DNA of 30,723 nt from a virus (taxonomy: Duplodnaviria > Heunggongvirae > Uroviricota > Caudoviricetes), in the IMG/VR virus record IMGVR_UViG_2648501461_000010, positions 1-30,723 of that record; one strand, 5' to 3'. Position 1 is the stretch's first letter. Every line of letters starts with the position of its first letter. Of the stretch, positions 7,388-14,380 are shown piece after piece. The notes under the pieces were generated by a model. That model searched no databases. It saw only the letters and a program-made list of their open reading frames with translations, and was not told the origin of the DNA. The translations under genes and the position numbers were made by a program.

Positions 7388-7455
7388 GAGACCAGGCGGG
7401 GGAGAAATCCCTCGCCACCTCTGATGTGTCAGGCATCCTCAACGCACCCGCACTT

Positions 7456-7482
7456 AACCCGCTTCGGCGGGTTTTGTTTTTT
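7456..7482 (+). terminator. rho-independent terminator at the 3' end of the hok mRNA
   Basis: Stem AACCCGC / GCGGGTT with loop TTCG followed by TTGTTTTTT. Confidence 0.6.
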
Positions 7483-7554
7483 CCTGGCATTCTGGTTTAC
7501 AATTCGCACGCCAGCCTGAACAACTGGCACCTGCTGCGCCAGCAGAGACAACCG

Positions 7555-7833
7555 ATGGCGCACGATACCAAATTACACAATTCTAATGATTCTGCCGTCT
7601 TTGCCAGCAGGTGCGGACGGCGTTTTCACGCATTCAAATCAGACTGGTTCCAGCATCCTCCATGCACTGAAGAGCAGGCTGAATGGATAATTCAGTGTTA
7701 CCGCAGGCGTGGATACGAGGTTAAGAAAGCCCTCAGCCTCGATTATCGTCACTGGATAATCTACGTCAGGCTGCCGTACTCCGAGCGCCCACCGCGTCCG
7801 TCCCGCACATTCCAGCAACGCATCTGGAGGTAA
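7555..7833 (+). CDS. hypothetical protein (about 92 aa)
   Basis: ORF between hok and the DUF968 gene; start placed at the first ATG after the hok terminator, since the longer frame from 7426 would span the terminator. Weak RBS, start uncertain. Confidence 0.4.
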   Translation: MAHDTKLHNSNDSAVFASRCGRRFHAFKSDWFQHPPCTEEQAEWIIQCYRRRGYEVKKALSLDYRHWIIYVRLPYSERPPRPSRTFQQRIWR

Positions 7834-7834
7834 C

Positions 7835-8884
7835 GTGCGGGTATTACTTCGACCTGTTCCGGTACCGGAACTTGGGCTGGTGGTCCTTAAACCAGGCCGT
7901 GAATCCATGCAGGTATTCCATAACCCTCGAGTGCTGGTGGAGCCGGAACCGAAAAGCATGCGTGGTCTGCCGTCCGGCATCGTCCCTGCCGTTCGCCAGC
8001 CGCTGGCGGAGGATAAATCATTACTGCGGTTTTTCAGCAATGAGCGTGTGATTCGTGCTGCTGGCGGCGCTGGTGCACTGTCTGACTGGCTGTTGCGTCA
8101 TGTCAAATCCTGCCAGTGGCCTCATGGTGACTATCATCACAGTGAAACCGTCATACATCGTTACGGCACCGGCGCGATGGTGTTGTGCTGGCACTGCGAT
8201 AACCAGCTGCGTGACCAGACATCCGAATCACTTGAGCAACTTGCTCAACAAAACCTGGCAGCATGGATGATTGACGTCATACGCCATGCAATGAATGGCA
8301 CGCAGGAGCGGGAGTTATCGCTGGCTGAATTATCCTGGTGGGCGGTCTGCAATCAAGTGGCGGACGCGCTTCCGGAGGCAGTATTACGTCGTTCTCTGGG
8401 GTTACGTGCGGAAAAAATCCGCGCGGTGTACCGCGAAAGCGACATCGTACCGGGAGAGCAGACCGCCACCAGCATACTAAAGCAGCGCACAAAAAATCTT
8501 GCGCCGTTGCCTCACTTCCACCAGCAACAGAACCCACCACTGGAAAAGGCGGTGGTCAGCATTGCCGTTGATCCGGACTCTCCGGAATCTTTCATGAGGC
8601 GACCTAAACGTCGCCGTTGGGTAAATGAGAAATATACGCGCTGGGTGAAGACACAGCCGTGTGCGTGTTGTGGTCAGCCAGCCGACGATCCCCATCACCT
8701 GATTGGTCACGGTCAGGGAGGGATGGGAACAAAGGCCCACGATATTTTCACGCTACCGTTGTGCCGGGAACATCACAACGAACTTCATGCGGATCCGCTG
8801 GCGTTCGAAGAAAAGCATGGTTCCCAGGTTGATTTAATTTTTCGTTTTCTTGATCACGCCTTTGCAACCGGCGTGCTTGGGTAA
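7835..8884 (+). CDS. DUF968-family protein (YdfU-like) with C-terminal HNH/zinc-binding-like motif
   Basis: 349 aa; C-terminus (CACCGQPADDPHHL...CREHHNELH) is an HNH-like Cys/His cluster; position upstream of rusA and Q mirrors ydfU in Qin. GTG start with RBS CTGGAGG. Confidence 0.65.
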   Translation: MRVLLRPVPVPELGLVVLKPGRESMQVFHNPRVLVEPEPKSMRGLPSGIVPAVRQPLAEDKSLLRFFSNERVIRAAGGAGALSDWLLRHVKSCQWPHGDYHHSETVIHRYGTGAMVLCWHCDNQLRDQTSESLEQLAQQNLAAWMIDVIRHAMNGTQERELSLAELSWWAVCNQVADALPEAVLRRSLGLRAEKIRAVYRESDIVPGEQTATSILKQRTKNLAPLPHFHQQQNPPLEKAVVSIAVDPDSPESFMRRPKRRRWVNEKYTRWVKTQPCACCGQPADDPHHLIGHGQGGMGTKAHDIFTLPLCREHHNELHADPLAFEEKHGSQVDLIFRFLDHAFATGVLG

Positions 8885-8896
8885 AAGAGGTTATTG

Positions 8897-9271
8897 ATGC
8901 GTATTGAGTTTGTTTTGCCTTATCCGCCGACGGTGAATACTTACTGGCGACGTCGTGGCAACACATATTTTGTATCAAAAGTCGGTGAGCGTTATCGCCG
9001 TGATGTGGCGCTAATTGTTCGCCGGCAGCGGTTAAAATCAAACCTGTCCGGAAGGCTGGCGATAAAGGTGATTGCAGAGCCACCGGATAAGCGCCGTCGT
9101 GACCTGGACAATATCCTGAAAGCACCACTGGATGCGCTGACGCATGCCGGACTACTTATAGACGACGAGCAGTTTGATGAAATCAATATTGTGCGCGGTC
9201 AGCTCGTTCCTGGTGGTCGGTTGGGCGTGAAGATTTACGAAATAATGCATGACGGGCAGGTCCAAAAATGA
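8897..9271 (+). CDS. rusA: Holliday junction resolvase RusA
   Basis: Conserved motifs (LPYPPTVNTYW, DKRRRDLDNILKAPLDALTHAGLLIDDEQ) shared with E. coli RusA; RBS AAGAGG before the ATG at 8897. Confidence 0.85.
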   Translation: MRIEFVLPYPPTVNTYWRRRGNTYFVSKVGERYRRDVALIVRRQRLKSNLSGRLAIKVIAEPPDKRRRDLDNILKAPLDALTHAGLLIDDEQFDEINIVRGQLVPGGRLGVKIYEIMHDGQVQK

Positions 9272-10089
9272 GACTGGAAGATTTACCGAAATACTATTCC
9301 CCAAAATCGCCAGGCCTGACTGATGCATCCGTCTCGACGTCAAAAGATGCGCTGAGCATCACTGATGTGATGGCTGCGCAGGGTATGACACAAAACCGGG
9401 CTGAGATGGGATTTTCTGCGTTCCTGGGGAAAATGGGTATTAGTATGAATGACAGGGCGCGGGCAACAGAATTACTGGCAGATTATGCATTAAGTCAGTG
9501 CGATCGCGTGGCGGCGTTAAGAAAACTTCCGGCAGAAATAAAACCGGCAGTGATGCGCATTATGGCTTCGTATGCTTTTGAGGATTATGCCCGCAGCGCA
9601 GCGAGTAAAAAGCAGTGCCCCTGTTGCCGAGGGGAAAAATTTATTGAAAGCGAAGTTTTTACAAACAAGGTTCAGTATCCGGATGGCAAGCCGCCAGTAT
9701 GGGCAAAGTGTACGAAAGGTGTGTATCCGTCTTACTGGGAAGAATGGAAAAAAATCCGGGAGGTGGTGAAAGTTTCTTGTCCTGAATGTAAAGGGAAGGG
9801 GGAGATTTCCACTGCCTGTAAAGACTGCCGTGGGCGTGGTGTTGCCATTCATCGTGAAGAGTCGGAAAAACGGGGTATGCCTGTAATCAGGAACTGCCAG
9901 CGTTGTGGCGGTCGGGGCTATGAAAGACTACCATCAACGGAGGCATTTAATGCCATACGCAAAGTGACGAGTGCTATCACGCTTGATACGTGGAAAAAAT
10001 CAGTGAAACGCTTTTACGATACGTTGGTGGTTCGGTTTGACATTGAAGAGGCATGGGCGGAGCGGCAGTTAAAGAGGGTAACGCGATAG
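9268..10089 (+). CDS. late-gene antiterminator Q (zinc-finger type)
   Basis: 273 aa with repeated CxxC zinc-finger motifs (CPCCRGEK, CPECKGKGE, CKDCRGRG, CQRCGGRG); positioned between rusA and the late promoter/lysis region; start overlaps the rusA stop (ATGA). Confidence 0.7.
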   Translation: MRLEDLPKYYSPKSPGLTDASVSTSKDALSITDVMAAQGMTQNRAEMGFSAFLGKMGISMNDRARATELLADYALSQCDRVAALRKLPAEIKPAVMRIMASYAFEDYARSAASKKQCPCCRGEKFIESEVFTNKVQYPDGKPPVWAKCTKGVYPSYWEEWKKIREVVKVSCPECKGKGEISTACKDCRGRGVAIHREESEKRGMPVIRNCQRCGGRGYERLPSTEAFNAIRKVTSAITLDTWKKSVKRFYDTLVVRFDIEEAWAERQLKRVTR

Positions 10090-10094
10090 TGTTG

Positions 10095-10122
10095 TTGATT
10101 TTTCCCGAATCTGTGGTAAATT
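10095..10122 (+). promoter_or_regulatory. candidate late promoter pR' (with qut region)
   Basis: TTGATT, 16-bp spacer, TAAATT immediately downstream of Q, followed about 50 nt later by a terminator, as in the lambdoid pR'-tR' arrangement. Confidence 0.35.
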
Positions 10123-10171
10123 TGCTCTAACGATGGGCGTTTTATGCCTGACGTTAGAAGGATTTTTACAG

Positions 10172-10194
10172 CCCGCCATCGAGCGGGTTTTTTA
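10172..10194 (+). terminator. candidate tR' terminator downstream of the late promoter
   Basis: Stem CCCGC / GCGGG with a 6-nt loop followed by a 7-T run. Confidence 0.5.
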
Positions 10195-10266
10195 TATCTG
10201 GAAAGCGGTGCATAACGTTAAACGTGATGGCGATTGCGCAATGAGTTTCTCCTGCTCTGAAGTCTC

Positions 10267-10296
10267 TTGACTGCATGGAATCTCCTTTGTTATGTA
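10267..10296 (+). promoter_or_regulatory. candidate sigma70 promoter for the membrane cargo gene
   Basis: TTGACT, 18-bp spacer, TATGTA, about 30 nt upstream of the ORF start at 10329 and downstream of tR'. Confidence 0.3.
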
Positions 10297-10328
10297 AGAT
10301 GAGTTGATGTTTTAAAATTGTTAGAGAG

Positions 10329-11048
10329 ATGGGTATGGATGACAGCACTCTGCTGAGGAACTCTTCACTTTTTATTGCTTATATGGGCTGTCTTGGATGG
10401 GGAAGCGCTTATTTCTATGGATGGGGGACTTCCTTTTACTATGGCTTTCCATGGTGGATCGTCGGGGTTGGCGTTGATGATGTGGCCCGAAGTTTGTTTT
10501 ATGCTGTGAGCGTTATCGTTATATTCCTTACTGGATGGGGAGTAGGTATTGTTTTCTTTTTAGGCATAAAACAAAAAAACAATATACAGAATTTGAGTTT
10601 TATCAGACTTTTTCTGGCAATATTGCTGCTTTTTATTCCGCCTGTTCTGGAGTTTTCGGTAATTCATCAGCACGTTGAGCCAGATGTGCTGTTTTTTTGT
10701 GTTATTGCTGCCTTTACAATTACGCTTTTTGTCAGGTCAGGAAGAAGACTTATTTCAGTCAAATGTTTTTCGGAAGTGTCTTTTATTCGCCATCACCGAA
10801 TTGAGTTTATTATGGCTGGATTCATGATTTATTTCTGGACATTCTCTCTTATTGCCGGTTGGTATAAACCCCAGTTTAAGAGGGAATATCAGACGATCCA
10901 CTATGAGAATACTTGGTATTACGTTCTTGCACGCTATGATGATCGTCTGGTTTTATCGAAATCGTACAGTAATGGGAGTTCTGCATTCGTTATACTTAAT
11001 AGCGGGCAGATTGATGACTTTGAAATTAATGTAGTCAGAGTTCGTTAA
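10329..11048 (+). CDS. hypothetical integral membrane protein (about 5 predicted TM helices plus a C-terminal soluble domain), cargo gene in the Q-to-lysis slot
   Basis: 239-aa ORF that is markedly AT-rich relative to its flanks; hydrophobic stretches around residues 12-32, 55-78, 90-108, 118-135 and 158-176, then a roughly 60-aa polar C-terminus. No family recognised. Confidence 0.6.
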   Translation: MGMDDSTLLRNSSLFIAYMGCLGWGSAYFYGWGTSFYYGFPWWIVGVGVDDVARSLFYAVSVIVIFLTGWGVGIVFFLGIKQKNNIQNLSFIRLFLAILLLFIPPVLEFSVIHQHVEPDVLFFCVIAAFTITLFVRSGRRLISVKCFSEVSFIRHHRIEFIMAGFMIYFWTFSLIAGWYKPQFKREYQTIHYENTWYYVLARYDDRLVLSKSYSNGSSAFVILNSGQIDDFEINVVRVR

Positions 11049-11132
11049 TATTGCCTGAGTAACTTTCTGTTGACCGCTCAGATTCTTTTATCATGTGTAG
11101 GCCAATATGCAGGATTTAATCAGGGTAGGGTA

Positions 11133-11161
11133 TTGCAGAGCTAAACTGGCATAAGTATTAT
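11133..11161 (+). promoter_or_regulatory. candidate sigma70 promoter of the tRNA cluster
   Basis: TTGCAG, 17-bp spacer, TATTAT, ending 9 nt before the first tRNA. Confidence 0.45.
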
Positions 11162-11170
11162 TCCGCATAT

Positions 11171-11246
11171 GGCCCTTTAGCTCAGTGGTGAGAGCGAGCG
11201 ACTCATAATCGCCAGGTCGCTGGTTCAAATCCAGCAAGGGCCACCA
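11171..11246 (+). tRNA. tRNA with CAU anticodon (tRNA-Ile2 type, lysidine-dependent, or tRNA-Met)
   Basis: 76-nt cloverleaf by manual folding, anticodon loop CUCAUAA, 3' CCA encoded; close to my recollection of E. coli ileX. Confidence 0.8.
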
Positions 11247-11247
11247 A

Positions 11248-11324
11248 CCGCCACTAGCTCATCAGGAAAGAGCGTCAACCCTTTAAGTTGAGAGTGCGAG
11301 GTTCGAGTCCCCGGTGGCGGTCCA
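11248..11324 (+). tRNA. tRNA-like gene, anticodon UUU (Lys) with atypical C33
   Basis: 77-nt cloverleaf by manual folding: 7-bp acceptor stem, D-loop with GG, TPsiC loop UUCGAGU, encoded CCA; anticodon stem UCAAC/GUUGA with loop CCUUUAA. Position 33 is C instead of the near-universal U, and the T-stem has one A-C mismatch. Confidence 0.55.
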
Positions 11325-11326
11325 GT

Positions 11327-11402
<76 letters not shown>

Positions 11403-11405
11403 TAT

Positions 11406-11480
<75 letters not shown>

Positions 11481-11687
11481 GTCAGAGTCTTTCAGTCTGC
11501 GATGATGGGAAATCCCGGAGTGACTGAAAGACGTTTAAGTTATGAATGATCGCCTTTTTTTGCAAAATTGCTGTGCAGAAATACTAACCTTCGGGCAGGC
11601 GATCATTCATAAGCACTCTGCTTTTATTCCGATCAACTGTGGGTGGTTTGTTGGATAGAGTGCTTTCCTTTCTGTATATATCGTTTC

Positions 11688-11711
11688 GCCCGCTTTTGCG
11701 GGTTTTTCTTT
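11688..11711 (+). terminator. rho-independent terminator between the tRNA cluster and the lysis genes
   Basis: Stem GCCCGC / GCGGG(T) with loop TTTT followed by TTTTTCTTTT. Confidence 0.5.
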
Positions 11712-11772
11712 TCAAATCCCTTTCATTTCTCAGTGTAAAACTACGCCATCCGTTATTTGCGGAGGTGAGGCT

Positions 11773-11988
11773 ATGAAATCCATGGACAAAATTTCAACGG
11801 GCATTGCCTACGGCACCTCCGCAGGCAGTGCTGGCTACTGGTTTTTACAGTGGCTTGATCAGGTCAGTCCGTCACAGTGGGCTGCGATTGGTGTTCTGGG
11901 GAGTCTGGTTCTGGGCTTCCTGACTTATCTGACAAATCTGTACTTCAAAATCAGAGAAGACAAGCGTAAGGCTGCACGGGGAGAGTAA
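11773..11988 (+). CDS. S: class II holin (phage 21 S-like pinholin) with dual-start motif
   Basis: 71-aa protein [71 protein letters not shown] closely matches my recollection of phage 21 S; Met1 and Met4 give the antiholin/holin dual start; RBS GGAGGTGAGG. Confidence 0.85.
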   Translation: MKSMDKISTGIAYGTSAGSAGYWFLQWLDQVSPSQWAAIGVLGSLVLGFLTYLTNLYFKIREDKRKAARGE

Positions 11989-11992
11989 TTCA

Positions 11993-12307
11993 ATGACTCA
12001 AAACTATGAACTGATTGTGAAAGGGATCCGCAATTTTGAGAATAAAGTTACGGTAACTTTAGCGTTACGGGACAAAAAACGCTTTGACGGTGAAATTTTT
12101 GACCTGGACATCTCGCTGGACCGTGTTGAAGGTGCAGCGCTGGAGTTTTATGAGGCAGCAGCCAGAAGGAGCATCAGACAGGTCTTCCTGGATGTTGCTG
12201 CCGGGTTATGTGAAGGGGACGAGCTGTTGCCAGAAACGCGCCCCTGTTCAGAGGCGCGGTATACCATAAAAATTAACAGTTCTGATAACTCGATTACAGG
12301 TTGTTAG
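11993..12307 (+). CDS. hypothetical soluble protein (104 aa) inserted between holin and endolysin
   Basis: ORF starting 5 nt after the holin stop with an RBS (GGGGAGAG); no TM segment, no recognised family; not part of the canonical S-R-Rz cassette. Confidence 0.5.
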   Translation: MTQNYELIVKGIRNFENKVTVTLALRDKKRFDGEIFDLDISLDRVEGAALEFYEAAARRSIRQVFLDVAAGLCEGDELLPETRPCSEARYTIKINSSDNSITGC

Positions 12308-12362
12308 CTTTTTGCAGTTGGCTTTCCAGTATCTTTCATTGGTAGCATCCTGATAAATATCC

Positions 12363-12896
12363 ATGAGCGCAAAAATCAAATACGGCCTGTCAGCTGCGGT
12401 TCTGGCGCTGATTGCTGCAGGTGCGTCTGCTCCTCAAATACTTGACCAGTTTCTGGATGAAAAAGAAGGTAACCACACAACGGCATACCGCGATGGGGCC
12501 GGCATCTGGACCATCTGTCGGGGTGCCACGATGGTGGATGGAAAACCCGTTTTTCCCGGTATGAAACTGTCGAAGGAAAAATGCGACCAGGTCAACGCCA
12601 TTGAGCGTGATAAGGCGCTGGCATGGGTGGAGCGCAATATTAAAGTACCAATGACCGAACCACAAAAAGCGGGTATCGCGTCATTCTGTCCCTATAACAT
12701 TGGCCCCGGTAAGTGTTTTCCGTCGACGTTTTATAAGCGGCTGAATGCCGGTGATCGTAAGGGCGCATGCGAGGCGATTCGCTGGTGGATAAAAGATGGT
12801 GGGCGCGATTGCCGCATACGTTCAAATAACTGCTATGGACAGGTTATTCGTCGTGACCAGGAAAGCGCATTAGCCTGTTGGGGGATAGATCAGTGA
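12363..12896 (+). CDS. R: SAR endolysin (T4-lysozyme-like muramidase, GH24)
   Basis: N-terminal Gly/Ala-rich weakly hydrophobic signal-anchor-release segment ([17 protein letters not shown]) and a Glu-8aa-Asp-5aa-Thr catalytic triad (E...YRDGAGIWT); pairs with the pinholin. Confidence 0.85.
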   Translation: MSAKIKYGLSAAVLALIAAGASAPQILDQFLDEKEGNHTTAYRDGAGIWTICRGATMVDGKPVFPGMKLSKEKCDQVNAIERDKALAWVERNIKVPMTEPQKAGIASFCPYNIGPGKCFPSTFYKRLNAGDRKGACEAIRWWIKDGGRDCRIRSNNCYGQVIRRDQESALACWGIDQ

Positions 12897-13357
12897 GCAG
12901 AGTCGCCGCGATTATTTATGCTCTGGTTATTTGCATCATCGTCTGCCTGTCGTGGGCGGTCAATCATTACCGTGATAACGCCATCGCCTACAAAGAACAG
13001 CGTGATAAAAAAGTCAGTGAGCTGAAGCAGGCGATCGCCACCATCGCTGACATGCAGCAGCGTCAGCGTGATGTTGCTGCGCTCGATGCAAAGTACTCGA
13101 GAGAATTAGCCAATGCGAAAGCTGAAAATGAAACTCTGCGCGCTGATGTTGCCGCTGGTCGTCGTCGGTTGCACATCAAAGCAGTCTGTCAGTCAGTGCG
13201 TGAAGCCACCACCGCCTCCGGCGTGGATAATGCAACCAGCCCCCGACTGGCAGACACCGCTGAACGGGATTATTTCACCCTCAGAGAGCGGCTGATGACG
13301 ATGCAGATGCAACTGGAAGGGGCACAGGAGTATATCCGCACTCAGTGCATTAAGTAG
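12893..13357 (+). CDS. Rz: i-spanin Rz
   Basis: GTG start overlapping the endolysin stop (AGTGA); N-terminal TM helix then coiled-coil region; contains an embedded Rz1 gene in the +1 frame. Confidence 0.8.
   Translation: MSRVAAIIYALVICIIVCLSWAVNHYRDNAIAYKEQRDKKVSELKQAIATIADMQQRQRDVAALDAKYSRELANAKAENETLRADVAAGRRRLHIKAVCQSVREATTASGVDNATSPRLADTAERDYFTLRERLMTMQMQLEGAQEYIRTQCIK
13113..13295 (+). CDS. Rz1: o-spanin Rz1 (outer-membrane lipoprotein)
   Basis: Embedded within Rz in an alternative frame; lipobox LVVVGC and a proline-rich stretch (KPPPPPAW), typical of Rz1. Confidence 0.8.
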   Translation: MRKLKMKLCALMLPLVVVGCTSKQSVSQCVKPPPPPAWIMQPAPDWQTPLNGIISPSESG

Positions 13358-13399
13358 CCTTTTTATCGTGGTAAACATTTCGCAGGGTATGAGGTATTT

Positions 13400-13750
13400 A
13401 TGCCATCACGAATCCCACGCGCCTGCCGTAAGCGTGGATGTGTAGGTACAACCACAGACAGTTCTGGTTACTGCGATAAACATCGTGGCGAAGGATGGGT
13501 ACAGCATCAACGCGGACTGAGCCGCCACCAGCGTGGCTATGGCTCGAAATGGGATGCCATACGTGCGCGCATACTGAAGCGTGATAATCATCTGTGTCAG
13601 AACTGCCTGCGCAATGGGAGAGCCGTTGAAGCCAGAACTGTGGACCACATCATTCCGAAAGCTCATGGTGGCACGGATGCAGACAGTAACCTGCAGAGTC
13701 TGTGCTGGCCCTGTCATAAAGCAAAAACAGCGCGCGAACGCATCAATTGA
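13400..13750 (+). CDS. HNH endonuclease (terminase-associated)
   Basis: Cys-rich 116-aa protein with HNH motif (DHIIPKAHGGTDADSNLQSLCWPCHKAK); located just upstream of the terminase small subunit, as in HK97-like cos phages. Confidence 0.85.
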   Translation: MPSRIPRACRKRGCVGTTTDSSGYCDKHRGEGWVQHQRGLSRHQRGYGSKWDAIRARILKRDNHLCQNCLRNGRAVEARTVDHIIPKAHGGTDADSNLQSLCWPCHKAKTARERIN

Positions 13751-13897
13751 TAACAGTTCCCATCTGTAGGGGAGGGGCGGGTCAAATCTCTGCAACCCTG
13801 GCTGCTCAGTACCGCCGCCTGACCTTTCCTCGCATCGCCGCAGGTTCGAAAACTTTTTTTTGGAATGTGATTAAATGATTGATAGGTAAAACCGATT

Positions 13898-14380
13898 ATG
13901 TCTGGACCCCCGAAAACCCCGCCACGCCTGCATTTGATACGAGGCAACCCCTCAAAGCGGCCAGTTAAAGACCTCAAAAAAACCGCTAAAAAGGATGAAA
14001 AAGGTCTCCCTAAAATTCCGCAACATTTAGGGGCGCAGGGGAAGTACTGGTTCAGGCGAATGGCGGAAGAGCTGAATGCGGAAGGGATCATTTCTCAGCT
14101 TGATGCGCGTGCGCTTGAGCTACTGGTGGAAGCCTATACCGAATACCGGCATCACTGCGAAACACTCGATGTTGAGGGGTACACCTACCGCTCGGAAACG
14201 CAGAACGGTGATGTGCTGATTAAGGCACACCCGGCTGCTGCGATGAAAGCGGATGCCTGGAAGCGGATCCGGGCGATGCTTGCAGAATTTGGTATGTCAC
14301 CGGCAAGCCGGGCAAAAGTAAATACCGCCGGACCGGATAATGTTGATCCGCTGGCAGAGCTTTTAAAAGCGAGAGACTGA
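13898..14380 (+). CDS. terminase small subunit (P27 family)
   Basis: 160-aa protein directly upstream of and overlapping the large terminase start (ATGA); sequence character typical of P27-type small terminases. Confidence 0.8.
   Translation: MSGPPKTPPRLHLIRGNPSKRPVKDLKKTAKKDEKGLPKIPQHLGAQGKYWFRRMAEELNAEGIISQLDARALELLVEAYTEYRHHCETLDVEGYTYRSETQNGDVLIKAHPAAAMKADAWKRIRAMLAEFGMSPASRAKVNTAGPDNVDPLAELLKARD

Noticed and set aside
10090-11170. Shiga toxin or other AB5 toxin genes in the Q-to-tRNA-to-lysis slot
   Set aside because: The only gene in this slot is a multi-pass membrane protein; no A-subunit or B-subunit-like ORFs are present.
13767-13784. G-rich tract GGGGAGGGGCGGGTCA as a G-quadruplex element
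   Set aside because: A single short G-run cluster in the position where cos is expected; a packaging signal is the more economical explanation, and there are too few G-tracts for a stable quadruplex.
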